Shown here one piece after another: positions 1-20,912 of a DNA stretch of 64,000 nucleotides. The position numbers were made by a program, and so were the translations under genes. The stretch spans positions 32,001-96,000 of the forward strand of contig CAXULY010000007.1 in NCBI GenBank assembly GCA_964252075.1, in the 5' to 3' direction. Origin of the DNA: an uncultured Deinococcaceae bacterium. GTDB lineage: Bacteria; Deinococcota; Deinococci; Deinococcales; Deinococcaceae. The first letter of the stretch is position 1, and every line of letters starts with the position of its first letter. The notes beneath the pieces were generated by a model. The model worked only from the letters and a program-made list of their open reading frames with translations, did no database searches and had not been told where the DNA came from.

Positions 1-72
1 GGTCCCCTCCTCCGCGCCGCGAGGGTGCCATTCACGCAGTCACGCCGCCGCCCGCGCGCTCAGATGGTGGGC

Positions 73-549
73 ATGACTTCCCTCCAGGTGGGCGATCAGG
101 CGCCCGCGTTCCAGCTGCCGGACGGCGAGGGGCGCACGGTCACCTCAGGCGAACTGCTGGGGCAGCCGCTCGTGCTGTACTTCTACCCGAAGGACGACTC
201 GCCCGGCTGCACCGCGCAGGCCTGCGCCTTCCGTGACGCCTACCAGGAGTTCATGGACGCGGGCGCGCGCGTGGTCGGCGTGAGCTCCGACCACGGTGAG
301 GCGCACCGCCAGTTCGCCGAGAAGCACCGCCTGCCCTTCACGCTCCTCAGCGACGCGCGCGGGGAACTGCGCCGCGCCTTCGGGGTGCCCAGCACCCTCG
401 GCCTGCTGCCCGGCCGCGTCACCTACGTGCTCGACGCGCGCGGCGTGGTCCGTCACATCTTCAACTCGCAGCTGCAGACCACCCGGCACGTGACCGAGGC
501 GCTGAAGGTCGTGCAGAAGCTGGTGCAGGACCAGGCGCAGCACGCCTGA
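73..549 (+). CDS. bcp: Peroxiredoxin, BCP/PrxQ family
   Basis: LYFYPKDDSPGCTAQAC peroxidatic motif; start taken at ATG 73 (MTSLQVGD). Confidence 0.9.
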   Translation: MTSLQVGDQAPAFQLPDGEGRTVTSGELLGQPLVLYFYPKDDSPGCTAQACAFRDAYQEFMDAGARVVGVSSDHGEAHRQFAEKHRLPFTLLSDARGELRRAFGVPSTLGLLPGRVTYVLDARGVVRHIFNSQLQTTRHVTEALKVVQKLVQDQAQHA

Positions 550-562
550 AGACCCGGCGGAC

Positions 563-1558
<996 letters not shown>

Positions 1559-1602
1559 GCGCGCGAGTCTAGCAGAGGTGCCGGGGCCGCACCGTGCCGC
1601 GT

Positions 1603-2580
1603 TCAGACTTCCAGCCACGCCAGAAGGTCCGTCATGAGGGCGTCCAGGCCCTTGTACGTCACCTGCTCGGGCGTCATGGAGCGCAGCGCGGCGGCCAGCT
1701 GCGCGCGGCGCTCGGGGTCGCGGACCACGTCCGCGAGGGGGTACACGCAGGGCCGGATGGTGAACAGCGCGCCATGCTGCGCCGCGAAACCCGTGAGGGT
1801 CTGGCGCTCCACGCGCAGGTACGCGCAGTCCGGCGCGAAGCGCGTGCCCGCCGCTCGGTCCTCGCTGGGCGGCGCGGCGGGGTGGTGGTCCAGGCGCGCG
1901 CTCATGCTGACGCCCCACGCGAAGCGCAGGAACGGCCCCTTGTGCAGCACGGCGTCCAGCAGGCGCGGCGCGGTGGCGTTCATGGGGCCGCTGCCCGCCA
2001 CGGGCGCGTGGACCGCCACGAAGTCCCGCCCGATCTTGTCGCGCGGGTCCCAGTGCTGCGGGTTCAGGACGTGCAGGCACGCCAAAAAGTCCCGGCCCGT
2101 GACGGGGTCGCGCGCGATCAGCGAGAAGTCCTCCTGCACGTTCAGGCCCAGCGCGTCCAGGGCGTCCAGCGGCGTCACGTCCGCCACGAGGTGCGCGAGT
2201 GGCGCGTCGAAGCGCGAGACGCCCTCCAGCGAGCCGCGCGCAAGGTCCAGATCGAGGCGCCACCCCAGCCAGGGGTTCGCGAGCGTCCGCCCGTCCCACG
2301 TGATCGCGCCACCGCTGTCCGGCGCGAGGCGACCCAGGGCGAAGGTGAGCGCCGCCTCCCGCAGGGCGGGACTCAGGGCAGCCTGCAGGTACGTCTCGTA
2401 TAGGCCCCGAGCGCGCGCCGCCACCTTGCTCTCCACGAAGCGCCCGTACTCCCGGTCGAAGGCGAAGGTGTGCCCCTCCACCCGCCCGTGCACGGGCTGC
2501 ACGCCCAGACGGAACAGGCCCGCGCCCACCGTGTACCGCCCGCCCTCGAACGGGAAATACCGCGCGGGCTCACCCCGCAC
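1603..2580 (-). CDS. DUF3445 / heme-dependent oxidative N-demethylase alpha-like protein
   Basis: VQEDF, W-DPRDKIGRDFVAVHAPV and LRVERQTL...LFTIR motifs; GTG start 2 nt after the uppP stop. Confidence 0.75.
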   Translation of the reverse strand: MRGEPARYFPFEGGRYTVGAGLFRLGVQPVHGRVEGHTFAFDREYGRFVESKVAARARGLYETYLQAALSPALREAALTFALGRLAPDSGGAITWDGRTLANPWLGWRLDLDLARGSLEGVSRFDAPLAHLVADVTPLDALDALGLNVQEDFSLIARDPVTGRDFLACLHVLNPQHWDPRDKIGRDFVAVHAPVAGSGPMNATAPRLLDAVLHKGPFLRFAWGVSMSARLDHHPAAPPSEDRAAGTRFAPDCAYLRVERQTLTGFAAQHGALFTIRPCVYPLADVVRDPERRAQLAAALRSMTPEQVTYKGLDALMTDLLAWLEV

Positions 2581-2582
2581 GC

Positions 2583-3410
2583 TCAGCCCTGCGTGTTCTG
2601 GATGACGCCCGCGCCGACCAGCACCAGAATCAGGACGCCCACGATCACGCGGTACACCGCGAAGCCCTTGAAGTCGTGGCTGCTCACGAAGCGCAGCAGC
2701 CACCCGATCACGAAATACGCCACCACGAAACTCACCACGAAGCCAATCAGCACCGTGCCGAGCCCCGCCTGCGCCAGCACCTTGTAGTGCTTCAGGAAGT
2801 CGTACAGCGTCGCGAGGCCCAGCGTGGGAATCGAGAGGTAGAAGCTGAATTTCGTGGCGGTCGGGCGGTCCATGCCCGTCACGAGGCCCCCCAGGATGGT
2901 GCTCGCGCTGCGCGAGAAGCCCGGCCACACCAGCGCCAGGATCTGCGCGAGGCCCGTGAAGAACGCCTGCGAGAGGCGCACCTCGCCCAGCTCATGCGTG
3001 CGCGGGCGGCGCGGCATCAGTTCAATCACGTACATCAGCACGCCGCCCACGATCAGCGCCCACGCCACCACCGAAGGCCGGAACAGCGCCGCCTGGATCT
3101 TGCTGCCGAACAGGAAGCCCAGGATGCCCGCCGGAATGAAGGCCAGCACGATGCCCAACCACAGGCGCTGCGTGTCCCGGTCGCGCCCGATGGAGCGCGC
3201 CTGGCCCAGCAGGTCCCGCCAGTAGTACACGATCACCGCCAGGATCGCGCCGCCCTGAATGACGACGTTGAAGGTGTCCATCACTTCCTTGGACCAGGCG
3301 GGCTTGAGCAGGTCGGAAGCCACGATGAGGTGACCCGTTGAGGAGATGGGCAGGAACTCGGTCACACCCTCGACCACGCCCAGAATGATGCTGTTCAGCC
3401 AGTCCGCCAT
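2583..3410 (-). CDS. uppP: Undecaprenyl-diphosphatase
   Basis: GVVEGVTEFLPISSTGH and PGFSRS motifs, polytopic membrane protein. Confidence 0.96.
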   Translation of the reverse strand: MADWLNSIILGVVEGVTEFLPISSTGHLIVASDLLKPAWSKEVMDTFNVVIQGGAILAVIVYYWRDLLGQARSIGRDRDTQRLWLGIVLAFIPAGILGFLFGSKIQAALFRPSVVAWALIVGGVLMYVIELMPRRPRTHELGEVRLSQAFFTGLAQILALVWPGFSRSASTILGGLVTGMDRPTATKFSFYLSIPTLGLATLYDFLKHYKVLAQAGLGTVLIGFVVSFVVAYFVIGWLLRFVSSHDFKGFAVYRVIVGVLILVLVGAGVIQNTQG

Positions 3411-3480
3411 ATCCCCGGTAGCCTACCGGAAAAGATGAACGCCAGCAGGACACGCTGCGCGCAGGTGGTAGGGTCAGGGC

Positions 3481-3975
3481 ATGAGCGTCAAGGAGCACTT
3501 CGCAGAATTCGAGTGGAGCGCCGTCATGCTCGGGCCCGGCCGCGCCGGGCTGGCCGTGGTGGCCGCCGCCCCCTCCGGCATCACGGGCGTCCTCGCGGAA
3601 CTCGGCGCGATGGGGCAGGTCATCCGCGACCTCGTCGCGCGCCAGCCCAAGACGCCCCTCCTGCAGGCCATCAGTGACGACCTGCAGCAGCACGCCACGC
3701 CCGCCGACACCGGCGCGCGCGCCCAGGGCCGCAACTTCACGGAGGTGCGCGACGAGGCGCTGCAGGGCGTGCGGCAGGCCATGTGGCTCGTGCACGCCAA
3801 GAGCACCCCGGAGGACGTGCGGGCCTACGGTGACCTGCTGCTCGACATCGCGCGCCGGACGGCCGAGGCCGCCAGGGAAGGCGGCTTCCTGGGGTTCGGC
3901 GGCGAACAGGTCAACGACGCGGAACGCGCCACCATCGCGGACATCGAGGCGCTCGTCAGGCCGGAGCCGAGCTGA
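3481..3975 (+). CDS. Hypothetical protein
   Basis: Host-like codon usage, TAGGGT-N6-ATG leaderless start, AAREGGFLGFGGEQV C-terminal motif. Confidence 0.7.
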   Translation: MSVKEHFAEFEWSAVMLGPGRAGLAVVAAAPSGITGVLAELGAMGQVIRDLVARQPKTPLLQAISDDLQQHATPADTGARAQGRNFTEVRDEALQGVRQAMWLVHAKSTPEDVRAYGDLLLDIARRTAEAAREGGFLGFGGEQVNDAERATIADIEALVRPEPS

Positions 3976-4850
3976 CCCTCAGCCGCCCGATCAGGTGCCC
4001 GATCACGCGCTCCAGCGCCCGCTGATCGAACAGCTGCGTCCGCGCGTTCGCCGTGAGCAGGGTGCGCGTCCAGGACAGCACCTGACGGTGCAGGGCGGGG
4101 TCAAGGGTGGCGGCGGACCCCACCAGCGCGTGCAGCCGCATGGTCGCCGGGGCCACGGACAGCCCCATGCGCGCCAGCAGGTCGCGCTGAATGCTTGCGG
4201 AATCGGCCTGCTGCTGCGCCGCCCGCGCGGCGGACGTGCTATTCGGGTGACGCCGGTCGTGCAGCAGGACTTCCGGGAGGTTCGCGAGGTCACCCCGCCC
4301 CAGCAGCCTGGCCAGCAGCGCGTAATCCTCGGCGTGCGGGTGCGTCACCGGGTACCCGCCGACGTCCCGCAGCACCTGAGCGCGCATCACAATGGACGGC
4401 TGACACACCGGGCAGGTGAACAGCATGGCCGCCTCCACCTCGCGAGGGGACGTCGGCAGCGTCCACACGCCGGACACGGACCCGAACAGCCGCGCCCAGC
4501 TGCCCAATACCACCAGTTTCGGGTGAAGCGCCAGGTGCGCGAGTTGCCGCTCCAGTCGCTGCGGCTCCGCGAGGTCGTCCGCGTCCATGCGCGCGATGAA
4601 GTCCGCCCGGCACGCCGACAGGCCGTGATTCAGGGCGCGCGGTGCCCACGGGCTGATTCAGCGACACCAGCCGCACACGATCATCCCGGATGGCCTACAC
4701 CACACGTGCGGTCTGGTCCCCGGAGGCGTCGTCCACCACGATGAGTTCCAGGTCGGCGTGGGTCTGCGTCAGGATGCTGCGAATGGCGGCCTCAACGGTG
4801 CTCGCCGCGTCGCGCGCGGGCATCAGGACCGAGACGGCAGGCGGGCTCAT
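3956..4850 (-). pseudogene. Glycosyltransferase family 2, disrupted
   Basis: MSPPAVSVLMPARD...ELIVVDDAS N-terminus; in-frame TAG at 4695-4697; frameshift near 4635-4642; resumes as LNHGL..ADFIARMDADD in ORF 3956..4588. Confidence 0.85.
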
Positions 4851-4863
4851 GTCGCGCCCGCAC

Positions 4864-7080
<2,217 letters not shown>

Positions 7081-7105
7081 CTGTAGAGTGTAGCGCGGTC
7101 CGGGG

Positions 7106-7122
7106 CTACGTTCATGGCGTAA
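7106..7122. promoter_or_regulatory. RDRM (radiation/desiccation response motif, DdrO operator) upstream of uvrD
   Basis: 17-bp CTACGTTCATGGCGTAA (minus strand TTACGCCATGAACGTAG) fits the RDRM consensus; just upstream of the minus-strand TACACT -10 box at 7087-7092. Confidence 0.8.
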
Positions 7123-7164
7123 TCATAGGTGGTTTCCGGTGGCCGCCGCGCGGTAGAACGGGGC

Positions 7165-8058
7165 ATGACCCGGCCCATCTGCACGTTTTCCATTGTGGCG
7201 CGCGACCCCCTCACCGGTGACCTGGGCGTGGGGGTCGCCAGCAAGTTCCTCGCGGTGGGCGCCGTGGTGCCCTTTGCGCGTGCGGGCGCGGGCGCGGTGG
7301 CGACGCAGAGCTACGCGAACCCCGCGTACGGCCCGCAGGGGCTCGCGCTGCTGGAGGTGGGCGCGGGCCCGGATGGGGTGCTGGAGGCCTTCCGGCGCAC
7401 AGATCAGGGGCTGGAGCAGCGGCAGTTTGGGGTGGTGAGCGCGCGCGGCGAGGCCGTGACCTTCACGGGTGAGGCGTGTCACCCCTGGGCGGGTGGTCTG
7501 ACGGCGGATGGTGTGGCGGTGCAGGGCAACCTGCTGGCCGGGCCGGAGGTGGTGGAGGCCATGCTCTCGGCGTACCAGGCGAGCCACGACCAGCCCTTCG
7601 CGCGCCGCCTGCTCGCGGCTGTGGTGGCGGGCGACGCGGCGGGCGGGGACCGCCGGGGGCGGCAGAGTGCCGCGCTGCTGTGCGTGGGCACGAGCGAGGA
7701 CGGCCTGGGCAAGGGGTACGGGGGCCTCACGGACCGCTACCTGGACCTGCGCGTGGACGACCACGCCGAGCCCCTGAAGGAACTGGAGCGCCTGCTGGGC
7801 GTGCACGACTTGCTGTTCGGGCGGCCCGAGCACCCGCGCGCGGTGACGGACGCGGAACTGGGGTGGCTGCGTGCGCTGCTGGTGCGGGAGGGCTACGCCG
7901 AGGCGCTGCCGGAGGGCGCGTGGGAGGCGCGGACGGAGCAGGCGCTGTGGGACCTGTTCGGCACGGAGAACCTGGAGGAGCGCTGGGTGGCGGGCGGGCA
8001 GGTGGACCCGGTGGCGCTGGCGTACCTCAGCGAGAAATTCGGTGGGCGCATAGAGTAG
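7165..8058 (+). CDS. DUF1028 (Ntn-hydrolase-like) protein with C-terminal putative peptidoglycan-binding domain
   Basis: CTFSIVARD...[37 protein letters not shown]. Confidence 0.85.
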   Translation: MTRPICTFSIVARDPLTGDLGVGVASKFLAVGAVVPFARAGAGAVATQSYANPAYGPQGLALLEVGAGPDGVLEAFRRTDQGLEQRQFGVVSARGEAVTFTGEACHPWAGGLTADGVAVQGNLLAGPEVVEAMLSAYQASHDQPFARRLLAAVVAGDAAGGDRRGRQSAALLCVGTSEDGLGKGYGGLTDRYLDLRVDDHAEPLKELERLLGVHDLLFGRPEHPRAVTDAELGWLRALLVREGYAEALPEGAWEARTEQALWDLFGTENLEERWVAGGQVDPVALAYLSEKFGGRIE

Positions 8059-8062
8059 GGGC

Positions 8063-8530
8063 ATGCGCCTCTCCTCGACGGACATTTACGCCTTTCAAGC
8101 GCTCGGTTACCTGGGCACGCAGGAACCCACCCGCTGGGTGTCCAGCGATGAGATCAGCGAGCACACGGACGTGGCGCGGCCTTACCTGGTGCGCATCCTG
8201 GCGGCGCTCTCCGCGAAGGGCGTGGTGAAGTCCAAGAAGGGCATTGGGGGTGGGTACGCGCTGTCGCGCAAGCCGCACCTGATCAGCCTGTGCGAGGTGG
8301 TGCGGGCGGTGGACGGCCCGGTGGCGCCGCTGTCGTGCATCAGCCTGAACTGGCATGAGGACTGCGAGGTGCAGGACCGCTGTCATGCGCGCAACACCAT
8401 TTACGTGCGGATGCGGGACGCGATGCTGGGGGTGCTGCAGGAGTTCAGCGTGGCGGACCTGGTGGTGGACATGCGGCAGGGCGTGACGTACCACCCGTGC
8501 CTGTCGCACCTGCTCAAGCCGAACCCCTGA
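8063..8530 (+). CDS. Rrf2-family transcriptional regulator with three Cys (putative Fe-S)
   Basis: YLVRIL...[11 protein letters not shown]...EVVRAVDG; C-x8-C-x5-C; TAGAGT-N6-ATG. Confidence 0.92.
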   Translation: MRLSSTDIYAFQALGYLGTQEPTRWVSSDEISEHTDVARPYLVRILAALSAKGVVKSKKGIGGGYALSRKPHLISLCEVVRAVDGPVAPLSCISLNWHEDCEVQDRCHARNTIYVRMRDAMLGVLQEFSVADLVVDMRQGVTYHPCLSHLLKPNP

Positions 8531-8575
8531 GGGACCGATGGGCGCCGCGGGGGCGCGAGGGGCGGTGCCCCTATA

Positions 8576-8625
8576 CAAGTTGATGCCTTTTGTCACCTGA
8601 TTTAATTACACTTTTGGTCAAGTAT
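8576..8625. promoter_or_regulatory. Two tandem 25-bp candidate Rrf2 operators
   Basis: CAAGTTGATGCCTTTTGTCACCTGA and TTTAATTACACTTTTGGTCAAGTAT; AT-rich; resemble the IscR type-1 site layout. Confidence 0.55.
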
Positions 8626-8643
8626 GTGGTGGAGGATGGACCA

Positions 8644-9069
8644 GTGCTGACCGACCTGAACGCCCTGAAATTCAACCAGATCACCGTCGTGCTGCTGACG
8701 GCCCTCGCGCTGCTGGCACGAATGCCGTGGCTGGCGGGCGCGCTGGGCGCGGCCATGCTGGTCGGGGCGAGGTGGCCTTCCGCGTCCCCCCTGCGCGCCC
8801 TGTATCGCGCGGCCTCCCGTGTGTGCGGCTGGACGCCGCAGGTGGTGCAGGAGGACCCCCGCGCGCATCACTTCGCGCAGGGTGTGGGCGGCAGCGTGCT
8901 GCTGCTGTGCGGCGCGGCGGGCCTGCTCGGCTTTACACTGCTGGGCGCCGCGCTCGGGGTGCTGGTGATGGCCCTGGCCCTGCTGAACCTGACCTCAAGC
9001 ATCTGCGTGGGTTGCCTGATGTACCACCAGTGGCGCCTGCTGCGCCACCGCTGGACCCACGCCCAGTAA
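8644..9069 (+). CDS. DUF4395-family membrane protein
   Basis: EDPRAHHFAQGVG and C-terminal ICVGC; GGAGG RBS before GTG 8644. Confidence 0.8.
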   Translation: MLTDLNALKFNQITVVLLTALALLARMPWLAGALGAAMLVGARWPSASPLRALYRAASRVCGWTPQVVQEDPRAHHFAQGVGGSVLLLCGAAGLLGFTLLGAALGVLVMALALLNLTSSICVGCLMYHQWRLLRHRWTHAQ

Positions 9070-9160
9070 GTCCACCCGCCCGCCACAGCGGCCTCCGGGC
9101 CGCGCGTGAATGGCTGACCGCGAATCCCTTCCCTGTTTTCCCCAAGGAGCCTCAAGCCCC

Positions 9161-10704
<1,544 letters not shown>

Positions 10705-10708
<4 letters not shown>

Positions 10709-11245
10709 CCCACGTGCAGGCTCCACCCACCTCCGGCACCGGCCGGGTGGTGTGGTTCACGGGCCTGTCCGGGGCGGGCAAGAGCACCCTCGCGACCGCC
10801 CTCAAGTCCGAGCTGGACGCACGCGGCGTGCCCGTAGAGCTGCTGGACGGCGATGCGGTGCGCGAGCACCTGAGCAAGGGCCTGGGCTTCACGCGCGAGG
10901 ACCGCGACACGAATGTGCGGCGCATCGCCTTCGTGGCGGGCCTCCTCGCGCGGCACGGCGTGACGGTGCTGGTGAGCGCCATCAGCCCCTACCGCGACAC
11001 GCGCGCCGAGGTGCTGTCCGCCCTGCCGAACGCGCTGGAGGTGTTCGTGGACGCGCCACTGGAGGTGGTGACGGCGCGCGACGTGAAGGGCCTGTACCTG
11101 CGCGCCATCGCGGGCGAGATCCCACACTTCACGGGCGTAAGCGACCCCTACGAGGCGCCGCTGAGCCCAGGCCTGCACCTGCGCACCGACCAGCTGACCG
11201 AGGCGGAGTGCCTGTCGCGCCTGCTGGCCGCCCTGGAGGTGCAGC

Positions 11246-11259
<14 letters not shown>
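10705..11259 (+). CDS. cysC: Adenylyl-sulfate kinase
   Basis: [36 protein letters not shown]. Confidence 0.96.
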
Positions 11260-11914
<655 letters not shown>

Positions 11915-11962
11915 CACGGCGTTGGACCGCGCGATGTTCCCCGCGCCTTTTTTCGTGCCGAA

Positions 11963-11987
11963 ATAGTTGAGTCAAGTGCTCAACTGA
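11963..11987. promoter_or_regulatory. Candidate Rrf2 operator upstream of sat
   Basis: ATAGTTGAG-N7-CTCAACTGA palindrome, just after a hairpin plus T-run following cysH. Confidence 0.6.
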
Positions 11988-12021
11988 GTGACGCCCCTTC
12001 CCCCTCTCTCGAAAGGTCCCC

Positions 12022-13170
<1,149 letters not shown>

Positions 13171-13273
13171 AGACCGAGTGAAGCTCCCGCCCGTATCTAT
13201 TCAGGCGGTGATCCCCGACGCTGAGGGGCAAACGGCCCCCCGTCCAGATCACCGCTCCATCAGGAGGTCCAGC

Positions 13274-14260
13274 ATGCGCGCACTTGCCCTCGTCCGAAGT
13301 CTTTCGCTGGCGGCGCTCGCCGTCACGCCCGTCGCGGTCGCCCAGAAGGCCAGCACGGTCCGCATCGGGTACTTCCCGAACCTCACGCACGCCGCCGCGC
13401 TCGTCGCGCTGCAGAAGGGGTACTTCGCGAAGGCCTTCGGGAGTGTGAAGGTGGACGCCAAGAGCTTCGTGTCCGGCACCAGCCTGAACGAGGCCTTCGC
13501 GGCGGGGCAGATTGACATCGGGTACATCGGGCCGGGCCCCGCCATCAACGGCGCGGCGCAGGGCCTGCCGCTGCAGATCATCGCGGGCGCGAGCAACGCG
13601 GGCGCGGTGGTGGTGGCGCGCAAGGACGTGAAGATCGCGTCGTACAAGGACCTCGCCGGGAAGAAGGTCGGGGTGCCCAGCCTGGGGAACACGCAGGACA
13701 TATCTTTGCGGCATATCCTGAAGGAGAGCGGCCTGAAGGCGCAGTCGGATGGCGGGAACGTCACCATCCAACCCGTCGCGCCGGCGGACGTGGCGGCGGC
13801 CTTCGCGAGCAGGCAGATTGACGCGGCCATCGTGCCGGAGCCGTGGGGCGCGGCGCTTGAGGCGCAGGGGAACAAGCTGGTGGGGGACGAGAAGACCGTG
13901 TGGCGGGACGGCAATTACCCCACCACGGTCGTGATCGTGAACACGAAGTTTGCGGCGGAGAACCCGGACCTCGTGAACGCCTTCCTGCGCGCGCACCTGC
14001 AGGCCCTCGCGCTCATCCAGAAGAGCCCCGCCGCGGCGAGCGCCGCCGTGAACGCCAAGCTCACGGACCTGACCGGGCAGAAGCTCGACCCGCGCGTGCT
14101 GCAGCGCGCCTTCAAGCGCACGATCTTCACGTCCAGCGTGGACGTGGACGCCCTCAAGGAGTACGGCGCGCTGAACCAGGAGGCGGGCTACGCGCGCCGC
14201 CTGCCGGACTGGAACCAGCTCGTGAACACGAGCGTGCTGCAGGGCCTCGGGGGCAAGTAA
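13274..14260 (+). CDS. ABC substrate-binding protein, SsuA/TauA/NrtA-like
   Basis: Signal peptide; [44 protein letters not shown]. Confidence 0.88.
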   Translation: MRALALVRSLSLAALAVTPVAVAQKASTVRIGYFPNLTHAAALVALQKGYFAKAFGSVKVDAKSFVSGTSLNEAFAAGQIDIGYIGPGPAINGAAQGLPLQIIAGASNAGAVVVARKDVKIASYKDLAGKKVGVPSLGNTQDISLRHILKESGLKAQSDGGNVTIQPVAPADVAAAFASRQIDAAIVPEPWGAALEAQGNKLVGDEKTVWRDGNYPTTVVIVNTKFAAENPDLVNAFLRAHLQALALIQKSPAAASAAVNAKLTDLTGQKLDPRVLQRAFKRTIFTSSVDVDALKEYGALNQEAGYARRLPDWNQLVNTSVLQGLGGK

Positions 14261-15072
14261 TGGCGCTCGCGGCGCGACCGGCGGGGCCGCGCCGCCGCCC
14301 TGTGTGGCTGTGGCAGGCGCTGGGCCTGCTGGTGCTGCTGGGCGTGTGGTACCTCATCACGGACGTGCTGCACGTGTGGCCGCCCTACGTGATTCCCGGC
14401 CCGGACCGCGTGTGGGAGGAAATCCGCTTTGGCCTCGGTGGGCCCGGCCCGCAGGACGGGAAGCTCCTCTCGGCGGTCGGGAACAGCCTGCAGCGCGTCG
14501 CGATCGGGTACGTGATCGCGGTGGCGCTGGGCCTGCTGGTGGGCCTCGTGCTGGCGTCGTGGCGGGGCCTGCGCGATACGGTCGGCGCGTACCTGACGGC
14601 GGTGCAGAGCATCCCCAGCATCGCGTTCGTGCCGCTCGCCATCCTGGTGTTCGGGCTGAACGAGCGCTCCGTGCTGTTCGTGGTGATCCTGGAGGGCTTT
14701 ATTCCGGTGGCGCTGAGCGTGTCGAGCGCGCTGCTGAACGTGCCGCCCGCGTGGCGCACGGCGGGCCGCACGCTGGGCGCGCGGGGCCTCGCCCTGACCC
14801 TGAAGGTCACGCTGCCCGCGAGCCTCCCGCAGGCCGTGACGGGCCTGCGCACCGCGTGGAGCTTCTCGTGGCGCGCGCTGATCGGCGCGGAACTCCTGAC
14901 CAGCAACCCCGGCCTGGGGCAGTTGTTGGAGACTGGGCGCAACACCGCGAACATGGCGCTGGTGCTCGCGACCATCATCATCGTGGGTGTGGTGGGTGGG
15001 CTGTTCGACGCGCTGATTCGCGCGTGGGAGGGCCGCCTGCGGCGTGAATACGGCTTGGAGGTGACCGCATGA
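14260..15072 (+). CDS. ABC permease, SsuC-like
   Basis: Hydrophobic; [15 protein letters not shown] (EAA loop), [10 protein letters not shown]; start overlaps upstream stop. Confidence 0.9.
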   Translation: MALAARPAGPRRRPVWLWQALGLLVLLGVWYLITDVLHVWPPYVIPGPDRVWEEIRFGLGGPGPQDGKLLSAVGNSLQRVAIGYVIAVALGLLVGLVLASWRGLRDTVGAYLTAVQSIPSIAFVPLAILVFGLNERSVLFVVILEGFIPVALSVSSALLNVPPAWRTAGRTLGARGLALTLKVTLPASLPQAVTGLRTAWSFSWRALIGAELLTSNPGLGQLLETGRNTANMALVLATIIIVGVVGGLFDALIRAWEGRLRREYGLEVTA

Positions 15073-15818
15073 TTTCCACCCAGGGGCGTGCTACACCGGT
15101 GGGCGTGAAGGCTTCCGGCGCGCGCGGCGCCACCCTGGCGCTCAAGGACGTGAGCCACCGCTACGGCGTGGGCGGCGCGGGCGTCGGGCCGCTGAGCCTC
15201 ACGGTGCCGCCCGGCGATTTCGTGTGCGTGGTGGGGCCGTCCGGGAGCGGCAAGAGCACCCTGCTGGGCCTCCTGGCGGGCTTCCTGCGCCCGCAGGTGG
15301 GCGAGGTGCAGATCGCGGGTCAGGCGCTGCGCGGCCCGGACCGCCGCCTCACGCTGGTGCAGCAGGAGCACGCGCTGTTCCCGTGGCGCACGGTGGAGGG
15401 CAACGTGGCCTTCGGGCTGGAGTGCCGCGGCGTGAAGCCCGCCGAGCGCCGCGAGCGGGCGCGCGCCGCACTCGCGCTGGTGGGCTTGCAGGACTACGCG
15501 CGCCGCCGCGTGCACGAACTCTCGGGCGGGCAGCGGCAGCGGGTGTCCATCGCGCGGGCGCTCGCCATCGAACCGGAACTGCTGCTGCTGGACGAGCCGT
15601 TCAGCGCGCTGGACATCGCGACGCGGCACGCGCTGGGCGCGGAACTGCTGGGCATCTGGCGCGAGACGGGCACGACCGTGGTGTTCGTGACGCACAACCT
15701 CGACGAGGCGCTGTCCCTGGGACAGCGCGTGGTGGCGCTGCGGGACGGCGAGGTGGCGCTGGACGAACGGGCGGACGGCCTGGACCGCGCGCACCTGGAG
15801 ACGCTGTTCAGCCAGTAA
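15069..15818 (+). CDS. ABC ATP-binding protein, SsuB-like
   Basis: [32 protein letters not shown]. Confidence 0.92.
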   Translation: MISTQGRATPVGVKASGARGATLALKDVSHRYGVGGAGVGPLSLTVPPGDFVCVVGPSGSGKSTLLGLLAGFLRPQVGEVQIAGQALRGPDRRLTLVQQEHALFPWRTVEGNVAFGLECRGVKPAERRERARAALALVGLQDYARRRVHELSGGQRQRVSIARALAIEPELLLLDEPFSALDIATRHALGAELLGIWRETGTTVVFVTHNLDEALSLGQRVVALRDGEVALDERADGLDRAHLETLFSQ

Positions 15819-15819
15819 T

Positions 15820-15844
15820 AGGGAGGGCGGCGTCCGCCCTCCCT
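15820..15844. terminator. Probable bidirectional terminator
   Basis: AGGGAGGGCGG/CCGCCCTCCCT inverted repeat between convergent genes. Confidence 0.7.
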
Positions 15845-15852
15845 GTTGTGCC

Positions 15853-16932
15853 TCAGGAGAGGCTGGGCGTGGCGGTTCCGGCGGCGATCTCCGCGCGCAC
15901 GAGGGGCGCGACGCGCGTGCCGAGCAGTTCGATGGCGCGCATGATGCTGGCGTGCGGGAGCGTCCCGACGCTCAGCTGCAGCAGGAAGCGCTGGTGCTGG
16001 AAGAGGCCGTGCTGGTACACGATCTTCTCCGCGACCTGCTCCGGGTCCCCGATGACGAGTGCGCCGCGCAGGGTGGTGGACGCGTCGAACTGCTCGCGGG
16101 TGTAGGGAGGCCAGCCGCGCTCGCGCCCGAGCTGGTTCATGACCTGGGCGTGCGCGGGGTACGCCTCGTCGCGCGCGGCCTGCGCGGTGTCCGCGATGAA
16201 GCCGTGCGAGTTGATGCTGACGGGCAGCGTGGCGGGGTCGTGCCCGGCGGCGGTGGCGGCGCGGCGGTACAGGTCCACGAGCGGCGCGAAGCGCTCGGGG
16301 AGGCCGCCGATGATCGCGACGGCCATGGGGAGGCCGAGGGTGCCCGCGCGCACAGCGGACTGCGGGGTGCCGCCCACCGCGACCCACACGGGCAGCGGGG
16401 TCTGCAGGGGGCGCGGGAAGATGGGCTGCCCGGTGAGGGCGGGGCGGTGGCGGCCACTCCACGTGACGCGCTCCGACTCGCGGAGCTTCAGGAGCAGGCC
16501 GAGCTTCTCGTCGAAGAGGTCGTCGTAGTCGTTCAGGTCGTACCCGAACAGCGGGAAGGACTCGATGAAGGACCCGCGGCCCGCCATGACTTCCGCCCGC
16601 CCGCCCGAGAGCAGGTCGAGGGTCGAGAAGTCCTGGAAGACGCGCACGGGGTCGTCGCTGCTCAGGACGGTGACGGCGCTCGTGAGGCGGATGCGGCGGG
16701 TGCGGGCGGCGGCAGCGGCGAGCACCACGGCCGGCGCGGACACCACGTACTCGGGGCGGTGGTGCTCGCCGAGCCCGAACACGTCGAGGCCCACCTGATC
16801 GGCGAGTTCGATCTCCTCCAGGAGGTCCTTGAGGCGCTGCTCGGCGGTGACGAGGTGGCCGCTGGGGTCGGGGGTGCGTTCCCCGAAGGTGTAAAGCCCG
16901 ATCTCGAAGGGCGGGGTCGTGGGATTGGTCAT
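15853..16932 (-). CDS. LLM-class flavin-dependent oxidoreductase
   Basis: [36 protein letters not shown]. Confidence 0.9.
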   Translation of the reverse strand: MTNPTTPPFEIGLYTFGERTPDPSGHLVTAEQRLKDLLEEIELADQVGLDVFGLGEHHRPEYVVSAPAVVLAAAAARTRRIRLTSAVTVLSSDDPVRVFQDFSTLDLLSGGRAEVMAGRGSFIESFPLFGYDLNDYDDLFDEKLGLLLKLRESERVTWSGRHRPALTGQPIFPRPLQTPLPVWVAVGGTPQSAVRAGTLGLPMAVAIIGGLPERFAPLVDLYRRAATAAGHDPATLPVSINSHGFIADTAQAARDEAYPAHAQVMNQLGRERGWPPYTREQFDASTTLRGALVIGDPEQVAEKIVYQHGLFQHQRFLLQLSVGTLPHASIMRAIELLGTRVAPLVRAEIAAGTATPSLS

Positions 16933-17059
16933 GGTATCTGTATTTTAGCACAAAGCGCTTTGCTTTATAAAGCGTGACTGCCAGCCGCACTTGTCTACGC
17001 CCGAGGTGCCCGCCGCCAGGCCCGCATACGCTATCCTGTTCCTCACGTGCTCCGGCACG

Positions 17060-17186
17060 TCCCATCCAGAGCGCCCGAGGGACCTGGCCCGACTGAAGGC
17101 GCAGCAACCGGCCATCATCACGGCGACGGTGCTCAAGCCAGCCCGAAGCGCGTGGCCGACGATGGCCAACAGCCGGGACCGATGGA
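17060..17186 (+). ncRNA. SAM-I (S-box) riboswitch
   Basis: CCATCCAGAG...GAGGGAC-TGGCCC...GAA...CAGCAACC...GGTGCT...GATGG core; P1 CCATC/GATGG; directly upstream of metH. Confidence 0.9.
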
Positions 17187-17264
17187 GCCGGGAAGCAGAC
17201 CACGCGCGGGCGAACACGCCCCGCAGCTGAACACCCTCAGGCTCCGCGCCAAGCGGAGGCACCC

Positions 17265-20908
<3,644 letters not shown>

Positions 20909-20912
<4 letters not shown>

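Noticed and set aside
4695..4697. Amber readthrough (pyrrolysine) in the GT2 gene
   Set aside because: A frameshift follows shortly after and no pyl genes are present; pseudogene is the simpler explanation.
17186..17245. Tandem cobalamin or glycine riboswitch after SAM-I
   Set aside because: Only fragments match (GGGAAG, CCCCGCAGCTG, CTCAGG); core elements are absent and the region is explained as the SAM expression platform.
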